A DNA stretch of 64,000 nucleotides from Felis catus (lineage: Eukaryota): positions 56,608,001-56,672,000 of the forward strand of contig NC_058382.1 of assembly GCF_018350175.1 (NCBI RefSeq). The letters run 5' to 3'. The position numbers and the translations under genes are program-made. A model generated the notes under the pieces. The model had not been told where the DNA came from and searched no databases. It worked only from the letters and a program-made list of their open reading frames with translations. Of the stretch, positions 50,301-63,320 are shown in pieces. Numbering within the stretch: position 1 is the first letter of the stretch; each line of letters opens with the position of its first letter.

Positions 50301-50805
50301 CAGGCAGAAACACATGACTATAAATAATTAACTCTCTCATGTTTTGTGAGCCTTAACCTCCTACTTCGGAATGTTTATTTCCTTTATTTCAAAATGTTTA
50401 TTTACTTTTCTCCATTGACTGTAATTAATTTTGCCTTTGGCTCATAAACAGGTAGAACTGAAAACTTTTGCATTTGCATTTTTATCTCGAAGCACCCCAA
50501 CTAATTAAACTTTCCAATTTGGTCTCCCTGTTGCTGTACCAGAGCCACAGAGAAATGGCTGACAGGTTCACAGGTTTGTGACCATTTTGCTAAGGAAGAG
50601 GCAGAAGGAGCTTTTGAAAATTATAATTCTTTTATGGAACTGGTGAAGGAGAAACGTGTATTAGGGTTCTCTACATCACAGGAAGAGATAAGTGAGCAAC
50701 TGGGGTCCAAGAGAGGCGAAAAAAGGGTCTAGAAACTGCAAAATGGTGAACTTCCCTTGAGCTCTAGAAAAAGTGTAGGATGAGTTAATATAAAAACGGA
50801 TCATG

Positions 50806-50915
50806 TGCACTGGGTGTTATATGTAAGAGATGAATCACTGAATTCTACTCCTGAAACCAATACTACACTATATGTTAACTAACTTGAATGAAAATAAAAT
50901 CCTGGAAGAAAAAAC
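50806..50915 (+). mobile_element. Short 5'-truncated carnivore L1 3' end
   Basis: gcactgggtgttatatgtaag..gatgaatcactgaattctactcctgaaacc; flanked by aaaaac..gatcatg TSD-like repeats. Confidence 0.85.
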
Positions 50916-51082
50916 CCAGATCATGAGCATATAGTTTTCAGTCATGTTACTCACCTGGTAAAAAGAGGAACCCCCAAGGCATAATGTGTGTAGAGTTCGA
51001 TCTGACTCATGACAAGTTCTCCTATGATATCTCAGGAATTCTTTAAAAAGGAGGACACCATCTTTTAAAAGGTAAAAAATTC

Positions 51083-51320
51083 GGGGCGCCTGGGTGGCTT
51101 GGTCGGTTAAGCGTCCGACTTCCGCTCAGGTCATGATCTCACGGTCCGTGAGTTCAAGCCCCGCGTCGGGCTCTGTGCTGACCGCTCGGGGCCTGGAGCC
51201 TGCTTTGGATTCTGGGTCTCCCTCTCTCTCTGCTCCTCCCCTGTTCATGCTCTATCTCTCTCTGTCTCAAAAATAAATAAACGTTAAAAAAATTTTTTTT
51301 AAATAAAATAAAATAAAATA
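51083..51320 (+). mobile_element. CAN-SINE
   Basis: TSD aaaa(g/t)gtaaaaaattc; (taaaa)n tail. Confidence 0.96.
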
Positions 51321-51334
51321 AAATGTAAAAAATT

Positions 51335-52500
51335 CAAGACACTATCTAAGAGAATAATTAACACATTTCACTGATAAGGGAAAGTAACCAACCAGAGGCT
51401 ATAAAGAACTCCTAAACTCAGTAAAAAAAAAAAAAAAAAAAAAATTAAGAGATGTAAGAGATATAAAGAAACATTTCACAGGATGAGAAACATAAGTGAC
51501 AAGGGCGCCTGGGTGGCCAGTCGATTGAGCGTCCGACCTCAGCTCAGGTTCGTGACCTCACGGTTCGTGGGTTCGAGCCCTGCGTCAAGAGCCTGGAGCC
51601 CGCTTTGGATTCCATGTCTCCCTCTCTCTCTGCCCCTCCCCCGCTCATGCTCTGTCTGTCTCTCAAAAATAAATAAATGTTAACAAAAAAAAAAAAACAA
51701 ACATAAGTGACCAAAAATGCCTTAAAAAATCAGTTTAAACTCACTGGCCATCAGTGAAATTCAAAGAACAACTGAGATTCAATCTGGTTTTATGTCTACC
51801 TGATCGGTACGTGTCGAGTCTGGAAACAGCACGTCCTGGCAATAAAGTGCGAACGCCGGTCCCCTCACCCACTGCCTCTGGGAGTGTGACTGGGGCAACG
51901 TTTGAAGAACCGTTTGCCATTATCTGCTACTGTTGAAGATGGGCCGCCTACCCCTGGGTCTGTACCTGCAAGGGATTTTCTAGGTGTCCCTGGACACACG
52001 GACAAGGCTGTTCCCAGCAGCATGGCTAGCAGTCACGAAAACAGGGAACATCTGTACACTCACTAACGAAGCACCCGGAATAAATGACAGCACAGTCATC
52101 TGGCGAACCGCACAGGAGCGCTGACAGCAGATCTCCAGAACATACTGTGCCACGAGACACACAATTTGCAGAAAAATACATACAGTACAATTCCAGTTAC
52201 GGAGAATTCAGAAGTGCAAAAAAAAAAAAAAAAAAAAGAAAGAATATATTTAGAGACAAAGAGTAAAGGAAAGGAAAACAATGCATTAAGAGATACAAAA
52301 TTCCTGATGGGGGGAATGAGGTGAAAGGAAATGTGCAGGGCTACGGTGGCATTGTCTGGGGTATGTCCTAAGCTGGGTGCCGGGCAGAAGTGGATCGAAT
52401 TGTTCCTCGCGCCTTGTGGTATGTTGTATGTGTATGTGCATACACGTACATGTGTATTTACACATATTCCTATGTATGTAGGAAATAATTTAAAAAAGAG
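51335..52500 (+). mobile_element. Very old L1 (L1ME-like) 3' fragment, SINE-interrupted
   Basis: ataaagaactccta, aacatttcaca, actcactggccatcagtgaaatt, gaaaaatacatacagtac motifs. Confidence 0.65.
51503..51697 (+). mobile_element. CAN-SINE
   Basis: TSD aaacataagtgac at 51488 and 51699. Confidence 0.95.
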
Positions 52501-52524
52501 AAGAGAAATATGGACTAGGTTTAC

Positions 52525-53170
52525 ATCCATTGGCACTAATCTTCTCTCCTTCAACATCCGTATCAATAACTTATCAAAATCATGGATCATCCAGCGTAGA
52601 CATGGGAGACCTAATATCTCAGATGATTGAACCCGGTTTCTGGAAAGCTGAGACACATTGCGTGAACTGATGACTTCATGTCACAGAGATGAATGTAAGG
52701 TGCTCGCCTTGACGTTCTTCAAAGGCAGTCACTAGGTCAAGGTGATACCCTCTGTGTTCCACAACAGTCCATGTGAAAACACCGTTTGGGGTCTTAGTCG
52801 ACCACAAGCTCAAAAGGAACCTTCTGTACAAATGCTTGTTCGGAGAACGAACTTCCACTTTAGGAGCAATGATTATCCTCTCAAAGCCAGCACGGGTCAG
52901 GCCACCTCTTGCATATTTTGATTTGAATTGGAAGTTGACAAATTACAGTAAGTTCAGAGCATGGTGACTACTGATGAAAGAGATATCAGCCTACAAGTGT
53001 TGAGTTTGTTGGAGGGGGATTTGGAAGAAGCAGAGCAGAACCAGAGGCTTCCAGAAAATTGGTTCCAGCTCATTGTGCACAAAATCATGCCAGTAGTCAG
53101 AGATGCCCCTCCAAAAAGCAGTGGGCTGCCTTGTAAGTTGAGAGCTTTGGGTCCCTGGAGTGTTTAGACA
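52525..53170 (+). mobile_element. L3/CR1 LINE fossil (RT C-terminus to 3' end)
   Basis: ttcaacatccgtatcaataactta = FNIRINNL (cf. LFNIFINDL); ggggtcttagtcgaccacaagctc = GVLVDHKL; gtgggctgccttgt 3' motif. Confidence 0.85.
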
Positions 53171-56119
53171 GGATAACTCCCTCTTCCTACAGTTGTGCTT
53201 AGAAGGCAGACTCCACGGCTCTCGTGTCCCTTGGCTTCTAGGAGTCTCTAAGAATAACCAAAGAGAAGTCACAGGGGGAAAGAGGAAACCATTTTTATTT
53301 CCCTGAGACTGAGGGGGACTGTGGAGCACACAGGGCAGATGGCCAAGTTCAGTCCCTTCCACACCTGCCCTACTGTTCCTGAAAGCAGCAGTGACCGCCG
53401 TGCACAGGAAACATTGGTCTGTTCAGCGGGACCTGTCTCTCTGCTGACGTCACCCCTGGGAAAGAGGCTGCTGTCACCCGGGTTCTGGCTCTGCTTAGGG
53501 AAAGAACTTGGGCTTGGTTTATTTCTCCTCACGATTATATCCAATAGAGGCTGTTTGAGGGCCCTTCTTCACGTCACCCTGTCTCTGGAATTCAGGCTGA
53601 CAGAGCAGAGCACCCGCTTTCTAGAACACTGGCAGTGGTGGCGCAGAGGGAGAGAGAGCCTGGCACATTACACACCCTCTCTTAATGCTCCCGCTCGAAA
53701 CAGACACACTTTGCTGTGCTTACATCTCATAAACCACACCTAACTCCAACAGAGGAGGTGAGACAGCCCTTCCGTGGGCCCAAAGGAGAACTGGAGGCAT
53801 TTGTTGATCACCACAATCAGTATGGCTGGATGGGGAGGGACATTGGCCAGCCCATGAAGGTCTTTGTGCCGTGTTCTAGAATTTTTACTGTATCCGGCAG
53901 AGCCACTGAAGGATGTCCAGTCTGGGAATGACACATGTCTCGTTGTACAAATCGGATCTCCCAGAGATGGTATTCATTTGTTCCACAAACATTGGCGATA
54001 CATAGCAGACAAGGTCCGCCTTCCATTTGGTGAAGCTGGAGGGGGAAACATCAGTGAACAAACTCAACAGCTGGTGGCCTCTCAGATGGCCACAGGTTGT
54101 AGGAAGCAAAGTAAAGATGGGGTAATGGTTTGAACCTGGTAGGGAGAGAAAACGGGCTCGCGGCTGTAAGACGAGAGAGGCGTGAATACATGCAAAAGCT
54201 CACAGGAGGTAGAAGGAACAGAACTGGGTCATCTTACAGAACTGAGAGCCAGCAGTGGGTTGAGACGTGCCTGGGGCACGAGGATTTGGTAAACACGAAT
54301 CAAATCTGAACCTAGATTTGGAATAGGTCGTTTGAAGCGCTCTGTCCCCATGGACGTAGACGTGACATCGAGCCTTTTTCAGGAGAGTGGGTAACTTGGT
54401 TTATGAGGGTGGAAATTTTCACCAGGGCTTGAATAAAGAGTCAAGTCGATGGGAGCTGCCTTTTCCATTGATAAGAGCAACTCCGAGGGAAAGGGAGATG
54501 CATGGTGCCTGAGTGGCTGCAGCAATGGGACGCTTCCTTGGGACCGTCACAGCAGACCTCCCCCCCTGCTAATGGATGGTCTGCAGGTGACCTTGTGTGC
54601 CTTTCTGTGCAACAAGAGAATGAGCTTCCAAGCACAGCTGTCTCTCCAGCTCCTCTCTTTCTGTCCTCCGCCTGGCAGTCCACACAGTCCACAGCTCTTT
54701 CAGCTGAGGGAGCATGTAGCAAATTCAGCTTCCCACTTGTGGGCCCTTTGGGCACTGTGACCGGACACACTGCTGGCTCGGCTCCGTGTGTCCCCCCAGA
54801 ACCACAGAGGCTGCAAGTGGAGGCCCCCCCTCCCACAAGGCAGGGTTCCCTCCTGGCACCCACTCCAGGTGGCCTTTGACCCACACGCACAAGGTCAGCG
54901 ATGGGAGCTCATGTCAACCTACACACACATGTTCTCCCCCAAGCCGCATGCACTGGTCCTAACTGGGATTCACACGGAATTATTCCATTTTGACTTAAAT
55001 AAGAAGCCATTGGAGTATTAGAAGGTGATGTGCCCCCAGTTTAGGGCTAGGCTTTTTCCTGTCTTTTTATCTTTGCCCTTTAAGTCTTGAAAAGGTGACT
55101 TGAGACTCCAGACACGACAGGCCCAATTCCCACAATTCATCCTCATACCTCGATACTCTGCTGTCTACACTGCCCACCGCCCCCTCTCCTCCTGACATCC
55201 TCTGGTGTATCTCCTTCCTTCGTAGCCATGGGGATCAGCTTGCTCCAGGATTCCAGCCATGGTCCGAGTAGGACAGAATCCAAGGGTGGGGGTGGAGGGT
55301 TCTAACCCTCTCCCTAAAACTCGCACCTCAGCACGGGGAAGAAATCTAACCCATAACAGCTGACATTCAAGGAACGTCTTATCAAGCCCCTTGCACTCGG
55401 TTTCTTACAAAGCCTCTTTCTGCTCCAACCTTTTGCGGTTCAAAGAAGAAGAAAAAAACACACTGTACACATTTTTCTTTCTTTAAAGATTGGAAAGAAA
55501 TGAGAAAAAGCTTGTCTTGTCCGTGTTTTTATAAAAATATAAAGCATGTGTCCTCTCTGATAGAGCTATTTCTTTCCGTCTAAATCCAGCAGAGCCCGTG
55601 ATCGAGCTTAAGCGTCAGTGAGTGTCACACATTCGTCTTCCTGAGCCATGCTGCTGTGTTTCTGAAAAGATAACACAGCTTCCGTGGGATCCGAAACCTG
55701 GAGATTTAGGAAGTGGCCCTTCCTGTGTCTTCGGGGATTGAGCCTGGGAAACATGTGCATCATCAGCTGACCCCAGGAACGCAATTTATGACCTCTGAGA
55801 GCAGAGGCCCAGTGGCGGCTCTTGGCGGATGATTCTTGAGAAACTGATCCCAAAACATTCCTTGGGTGATAGACACATGTGTATTTCTCCCACCTGGGCC
55901 TGCCCTGCCCTTGCTGTCTGCCTCTGTCTGCCCCGTTCTCGGCCACAGAGCACGTGCCCGACACAGACTCTGAGTCAGGATCCATCAGGCACCGGACGTG
56001 TGACCTCAAGCCACTCAGCGCTGTTCCCTCACGGACACCGTGGGGAGAACAGAACCTCTGTGAGGTCAGGCTCGTGCTGTGGGGTTTAGCACAGCTCCCC
56101 CCGTATGGAAAGCAGTCTG

Positions 56120-56756
56120 TGTGGTAGGCTGGATCATGGTCACCCAAAGATATCGAGTCCTGACACCTACGGCTTATAAATGTGATTTTTTTTAATTAAA
56201 AAAAATTTTTAAATAAATGTTTATTTATTTTTGAGAGAAAGAGCATGAGCGGGTAGGGCAAGTGGGGAACAGAAGATTCAAAGCGGGCTCCACGCTGACA
56301 GCAGAGAGCCCGATGTGGGGCTCAAACTCACCAACTGTGAGATCCTGACCTGAACCAAAGTTGGATGCTCAACTGACAGAGCCGCCCAGGCGCCCCTGAT
56401 TTTTTTTTTTTTTTAAAGAGCCTTTGCAGATGTGATTAAGTTAAGGATTCTGAGGAGAGGCGATCACCCTGGATTATGTGGGTGGGCCAGTATTCCTTGG
56501 AGGAAGGAGGGCGACGACACAGACAGCAGAGGAGGCAGCGTATGGACAGCAGGGGCACAAATGTGGCCACAAGCCAAGGAAAGCCAGCAGCCACCAGAAG
56601 CTGGAAGAAGCAGGGGACAGATTCTCCCCTGGAGCCTTGCGACGGAACATGCCCCTTGATTTCAGACTCCTGGCCTCCAGGGCTGGGAGGGGATATATGT
56701 CTGTGGTCCGAATCTGCTCGGAATGCACTTACAGCAGCCCTATGCAGCTAATGCAC
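56120..56756 (+). mobile_element. MLT1 (C/D-like) solo LTR split by a SINE
   Basis: tgtggtaggctg start; tttgcagatgtgattaagttaagga; ccaccagaagctggaagaagcagg; ttgatttcagactcctggcctccag. Confidence 0.9.
56186..56396 (-). mobile_element. CAN-SINE nested in MLT1
   Basis: ends gccgcccaggcgcccc; tgattttttt on both sides. Confidence 0.94.
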
Positions 56757-59700
56757 TCAGTGAACGTGGAGCCCTGAGCATCACTGGGACACAAGCCCAT
56801 AGGGGACAGAAACCTGGTCTCACTGTAGGCAATACAAGCAAATCCTCCCGGGCGTTTGCTCCGCGAGAGTTCAGATTGCCGCCTCTCTGCTCCTCCCATT
56901 CCGTCCCCTTCTTTCACTGCCCTCCCCCCCCCCCCCCCCCCCCGTTGCCTTCTTCTGTCCCTGGTGAGATTCGCAGCCTGCAGATCAAACCCCAGGATAA
57001 GCTCTCGCGTCTCATGCACTAGCTGACTCCTTTCTTCCAGAGCCCACAGGCCCGGGCTTCTCACTGTGCACCTTCTGGGAAACGAGGGACCCCGGGTGTC
57101 TCAAGTGCACAGGACTCTGCCTCTCATCTCGGTGTTTCTCTTCTCTGCTGAGCTGGGTCTTTTGGACGGCGATGCTTGCCAGCATAGCTGGACCGTCTCT
57201 GGGGCAGCGCGTGTTCGAGGGCTTAGATTCAGGAGAAAGAAAATGTTCAGGAACGTGGAAGGCATGGGTTGGCTTATGGGAGCTCCAGACCTGGAACCTG
57301 GTGCTTTTCCAACTTGCAGACAGAGCCCCAAAGTTCCCGACTCCTCAAAATGTGGAATGTGCCCAGTCTTGTCCAGCAGGAGCGAGAGTTTGGAAGCAGC
57401 CCACAGATGCTGTGTTTTCAGGCCGTGATACCTCTATGTGCTCAGTGTGTGGGCAGGCTGTTCGGTGGAAGGAAATGCTCTAGAGACTTCTCTGCCACGT
57501 GGTCACTGAGTAGTCGGGGCGGGGAGCGACCCTTCACCGTGGGTAGTGCAGGAGAAAGCAGTGGAGACGGCCCCCACCCTGAATCCCAGCTGGGAGCAGT
57601 GGAGACATTCTCAAATCACCTTCTGTAGGGTCCCAACACAGGACGCTGTCGGAGAAACCTTGAACGTGGTCCTTGGCAAGTGCCCGCATCACACTGCAGG
57701 GTGGCTCTGGGTCTAAGCCCCCCTGCCCCGCCCCCCGCGAGACAGTCACGCCTGTCTGAGTCCTCTTCTCAGCATCCTCGGTCCTGATGCAGCACTGGCC
57801 ACAAGGCAGCCCCAATGGAGAGCAGTGGAACTGTGCAGAGACTTTCCAACACATGGGTAGAGTTCCTTCTTTCCTGGGCTGGGGACGGCCCCGACCCATG
57901 GAATCACATCTGACATCTGACAGGTACGAGACGCCTGAATTGTGCAGGCTGTGAAGGGTACCTCCCACACTGCTGTGGCAGCTATGGCCTCTCCAAGCCC
58001 TGAGGTGACATGGGCTGACGGGCCACGAAGAGGGCCTTCGGGGGTGTCCGGTGAGGCTCACGCCCTTGTCCTAAATCTTTCACGTGCCCGCGAATGGTCT
58101 CTGGGTGATTCTGCTCTGTAATAGGCACCGATGACAGCCCACGATGTCCCCTTGCAGATCTGTGTGGCCCTCCTGGGCCTTTGGCTGTAGTGCACACACC
58201 CCGGATTGCACACCCTCTGTTTCTCCGTCAACTGTCCCTGCTTCCCCTGCCTCCAGAGCCCTGTGCCGCAAAGGCCCTGCCGTGATGCAGGAGGTCAGAA
58301 GCAGAGGAGGGGATGTGAGCATGCAAGAAGAGCCCAGAGATTCAGAGAGGGACTTGACGATGCCGTGCCATGGACTTTGAAGGTGAAGGAGGGGCTCAGC
58401 AGCCAAAACATGCATGTGGTCCCTGTGCCGGCACGGCATTCCCTCTGCCACGTCACACTCATGACATCAGACCCTGGCTGTCCCTTTGCAGGGCTGTATG
58501 GGACGTTTATGAACAGACCGTGGCTAACAGGAGGAATTTCGGAAAGGACAGACAAGGCTAAGGGAAAGACCGAGATCAGGTTGGCAACTTAAAAGATAGG
58601 GCTGTGTTTTAATGATCTCTGGGTCACCCAGTGCGTAGCATCGACCCTGAAGTGTTGCTGAGGCTCAATATTGAGTTAAGATGACGATCACCTTCCTTGT
58701 ACTTGATAGTCTACCTCTATTTATGCAACCGAAGATTACATTAAGAACAGAACTATTTCACACTACCACTGCATTCATCCATTCATCCATTCATTCCCTT
58801 CCACTTTTTTTTTTTTTTTACCAAAAGTGGAGCCTCTGAACCACACCCCTCTCATCTTGTAAAAACAATGATATTCTCAAAGAACAGAACTCTGGGCTGA
58901 ATATTACAGATTTTAACTCATTTAACCCGCCCGACAACCCCATCAGATGAGTACCATTATTTCCAGGGGAGCATCTCAGTCATGTACCTGTTGGCCCTCT
59001 TGGCTTAGGGAGCAGACGCCCCTGGTCTCTCCCCTATTTCCAAGAAGAGAACATTCCCATCTGGAAAGGCAGCGCCATTAGAAATGCACGTGTGGGGAAA
59101 ACAATTTAAAACCACACATGAGATGAGAAAATACTCATACAGAGTGAGCCAGACCACGGTTGGATCTCCATTCGTGACTAAATATTTATTGAGCCCCTTC
59201 TCTGTGCCTGGCTCTGTGGCCTTCATACTAGGGTGAATCCAATGTGCTTCGTTGAGTTTTATACATATAAGGTATTCCCTGAGTGGTGTCCTGACGGCCT
59301 GGAAGAGGTCATGCAGCTTTCAGGAGTGACATTGACCATGGGAAGAACGAGCGTGGTGAGCAGAAATGACTCTTCAGCTCCATGTGTCACTGAATGGGAA
59401 CCATCATCAGGGAAGAAGCTTCACCACCCTTCCCCAGGCTGGGAGCCCACACGTCCGGAGGGCTCCTTCTTAGATCTCCATCCCAGCGCATTTAATTTCA
59501 GATTTGTGCGACCCTGATAAAGCTCCTTCATCAAGTTTTATTCTTCATAAAAGATCCATTTCCCCAGACTCATAAAGTGACTGCTTCTAATTCAGTGTTA
59601 TTTTATAAATACTTTCATTGCTAGCATCAATCACAAGCAGCTGACTTTCGAGCCATAAAACAACAGCTTGCAACATCACCATGTTACCCAATATGTATTT

Positions 59701-60505
59701 ACTTATCAACTTGAAGAACACATGTTTGCAAAATCAGCAACATTATAACTCTGCTAGCAATTTGCCGGCACTTTCTTCCCACGGAACGCAAACCCTCAAG
59801 TCTCAGACGTGCCGTATTTCAGCATCCTGGCTCATTTTTATCTCCTAACTGCCGTAATCACCAGCCCTCCCGCCCCCGTGCAAACCTCCCCAAGCCCCTC
59901 ATTGATCATGCCTGTGACTTCAGGCAGGTTATTTACCTAACAGGTGCGGTTCTGGGGTCTTCGATCATCTGTTCTGCACCACGACTCGGGGAACACTGGC
60001 CCTGCTGGTGCCTTGGACACTCGATGTGGCTCCGAGACGCCCCAGACAGGCTCGAATGGGTCAGAGCAGAGGTGTTCTGTAAGCAGTCTGCAGGGAGGGT
60101 TCTTGCAAATTATTATTATTGCAAATTATTATTATCATCTTTCAAAACGGAAATGACCTTATCCACCTGGCAGGGCTATCCTACGAATTCTTGGCACATA
60201 GTAGGTCCACACGCTCTTTTCTCTTTCTGTGGAATTACTGTAAAGGCCACCTCATCCAGGCCCCCTATACCTTACATGCATCTGCAGGCCAACGTTGCAC
60301 ACTGGCAGGTGTCTGCCCATTTTGCAGGTGAGAAAAAGGGGCTGTGTGAGGTTACGTGTATCGCCCAGATCACATAGCGAGTAAGTGGAGTATCAGAGTC
60401 TATGTCTGTCAGGCCCTGCTTATTCCCAGGGTTTCGCTCCCCAGACCCCTGCCAGGCCGTTGATTCAGAATCTCTGAGGGTGGGTTTCAGGCAACAGGAG
60501 TATTT

Positions 60506-60718
60506 ATTTTGTTTAAGTCTATTTATTTATTTTGAAAGACAGAGAGAGAGAGTGGGGAAGAGGGGAGGAGGAGCAGAGAGAAGGAGAGAATCCTGAGCAG
60601 GCTCCATGCTGTCAGTGCAGAGCCCAACACAGGGCTTGAACTCACGAACTACAAGATCATGACCTGAGCTGAAATCAAGAGTCAGACTCTTAACGAACAG
60701 GGCCACCCAGGTGTCCCC
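60506..60718 (-). mobile_element. CAN-SINE (first of a tandem pair, in a MER5-like element)
   Basis: antisense SINEC ending ccacccaggtgtcccc. Confidence 0.94.
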
Positions 60719-60740
60719 AGGCGACAAGAATATTTTTAAA

Positions 60741-60931
60741 ATGTTATGTTTTTAATGTTTGTTCATTGTTGAAAGAGCACAAGCAGGGGTGGGGCAGAGA
60801 GGGGGACACAGAATCTGAAGCAGGCTCCAGGCTCTGAGCTGTCAGCACAGAGCCCGACGTGGGGCTCGAACCCACAAACCGACCTGAGCCGAGGTCGGAT
60901 GCTTAACCAACTGAGCCACCCAGGTACCCCC
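60741..60931 (-). mobile_element. CAN-SINE (second of the tandem pair)
   Basis: antisense SINEC ending ccacccaggtacccc. Confidence 0.94.
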
Positions 60932-62493
60932 AACAACAGGAATATTTTTAAACCTTCCAGGAGATTGAAATGAGCATCCAGGGTTGCAATGCATGGTCCC
61001 ACGCCCTGTGCCTTCAATGTCATGCTGCTGTGTGACCCAGATTTTCAAGGGAAAAATTAGACACAAGAGTCTCATCAAAAAGAGGAAGAAGGCAGGGTCG
61101 GGTCCAGCCACCGAAGGCACAGACCAGGAGAACAGCTGCTCTCTGGTGTGTATGGCGAGCTCAAGAGCTGGGAGCCAGAAGAGAAACATGAAGTGTGGGC
61201 AGGTCTCCCAGGGCAGGGAACCCAGAGCTCGGGGAGGCGGGAGCTGCCCCCTGCACGGGTTGGACTTCTTAGGCTGTTACGTGATGCTTCTCGCCTGCTA
61301 AGGACAAAACTGCTGGGGGAGCCAGGAGGTCTCGAGCAGTGGCCGCCGCAGCTTTGATGATAGAAACAGAGGCCTCTGCTCGGTGGCCTGGCCGACGGAA
61401 GAACGGACCTCTGACTGAGATGCCCTCTGCCCGCTGAGCGTCCCCTGTACATTTCCCAGGCCTCGGGCAATCTGGCGCCTGGCTCTCGGCCAGGACGGAA
61501 CGCATCGTTTGCAGAATGAAAATTCAGTGCCCCTTGTCCAGCAATTATTAAGAATAGCAGGAGGGCAACAGCAGGGCTTCAGACCAAGCGCGGGGCCTTT
61601 CTGAGCACAGCACCCTGGGCGGCTCCACGGGTCCCTGGCCCACGAAGCCGGCCCTGCGTCTGAGCTTACCTTGGACACCAGATCTGGCCAACTAACCGCA
61701 GCCTTTCCTGGCCCAAGCATGTAATGAGGCGACACCTGGTCCTGCACCCCTCTGCCCTCCCACATCAGGAAACCACCGAGTCCCAGTGGCTGCAAAATAC
61801 AAGGGTCTGGGTTCCTAAATCACAGCTGGAAAAGGGACTGTCCCTGAAGGGTGCCCCAAACCGTCTGACTCTGAGGGAGAAAACAACCCCGTGTGTTAAG
61901 CCACTGATTGAAATCGCAGTACTGGTCTGGTAGGTCAGCCTAGGCCAGCCTAACGCAGCCCGCAATCTTAAATAGCAGATCTGCTTTGCCTCTGCCCTTG
62001 AAAGAGATCTAAATGATCTAGGGACAACGGGTCCCATTGTTCACAGTTTACCTGGAAATTCATATGTAGCGCAAGTCAGGCGTGAATTATCTGCCTGTTT
62101 CCTATTCTAGCTTCATCATTACCTCACGCTGTAACGGAAGAGAGATGACGATCACGAAAATACTCATCCTTTATGTATCCGTTCATTGATTCATTCATGC
62201 AGGCAGCAAATGTTTGCCAAACTCTTACTACATACAGAGCATTACCCTGGTGCCTTTGAAGACTTCCATGCTTTGAGTTACACAGATTTTAACCCAAAAA
62301 ACTAAATAATGTTCGTATTAGCGTATTCTTAAACATTACATCCTATGTATATTTTCATATTCAGTGGTATTAATATTTCTGCCACCATGTGGGAAATCGA
62401 GAAGAGACAGTATCTCTGCGCTCAGTGAGCTTCAAATCCAGAAGAGAGTTCTGGAGGTGTCTCTTTGTTTCAGGGGTTTGAGTGCAGGATTTT

Positions 62494-62688
62494 ATTTTAT
62501 TTTTTTTAATGTTTGAGAGAGGTGGCGGGGGGCGGGTAGGGGAGGGGCAGAGAGAGAGGAAGACACAGAATCTGAAGCAGCTCCAGGCTTCTGGAGCCTT
62601 CCCAACATGGGGCTCGAACTCACAAACCGGGAGATCATGACCTGAGCTGAGGTCGGACGCTCAGCTGACTGAGCCACCCAGGCTCCCC
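62494..62688 (-). mobile_element. CAN-SINE
   Basis: TSD tttgagtgcag(g/a)atttta at 62477 and 62689. Confidence 0.94.
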
Positions 62689-62739
62689 TTTGAGTGCAGA
62701 ATTTTAAAAGTGCCTCTACTTTCCGAGACCTGACATCAG

Positions 62740-62963
62740 TAATGCTAAGATGGGGTCTCCGAGCCCGGGCTCTCTGGGCAGTGGGGGCCACATATTCTTT
62801 GTGGCCTGGGGGTGTCCTGGGCATTGCAGGGGGCTTGCTTACTTGCACCCACCGCGGGCAAGTGGTATCACATGCCCTGTCCCAGCTGCACCAGCCAAAA
62901 ATGTCTCCAGACACTGCACCGTATCCCTTGAGGGATAACCTCCCGCCCCGTTGAAATCCACTG
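62740..62963 (-). mobile_element. MER20-like hAT MITE
   Basis: tgtcctgggcattgcagg...ccaaaaatgtctccagacactg...gttgaaatccactg. Confidence 0.8.
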
Positions 62964-63276
62964 CTCTAAGGAAAACTGCAATGACTTGTAAAACAATCCC
63001 TTAAATTCATTAAACAACAACAACAATACACGATTTCCTTTGGTTTCTTCTATATTTGAAGAAATATATTTGAGAAAATATTTGAGAAAAACTCTCGTAT
63101 TTGAGAGTTTTGCTACCTCGTGCAAATCTAATACAAAGATTTCTTATTACCTGGGAATATTAGGGATAGAGATCCCACTTAACATTGCTGTTTTTGAAGG
63201 GTTTTAGGCAGCATGGGATCATTCAGCAGAGTATCCTGTATCCTTTAAAAAAGAGCTGCATTAAAAAGGCATGGTA

Positions 63277-63320
63277 GGGGCACCTGGGTGGCGCAGTCGG
63301 TTAAGCGTCCGACTTCGCTC
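63277..63320 (+). mobile_element. CAN-SINE 5' head only (44 bp)
   Basis: ggggcacctgggtggcgcagtcggttaagcgtccgacttcgctc then abrupt end. Confidence 0.9.

Noticed and set aside
52096..52656. 186-aa minus-strand ORF
   Set aside because: Antisense to old L1/L3 fossils and crosses a poly-A run.
56925..56943. Long C run (also G runs near 3390 and 50110) as G-quadruplexes
   Set aside because: Plain homopolymers of uncertain length with no functional context.
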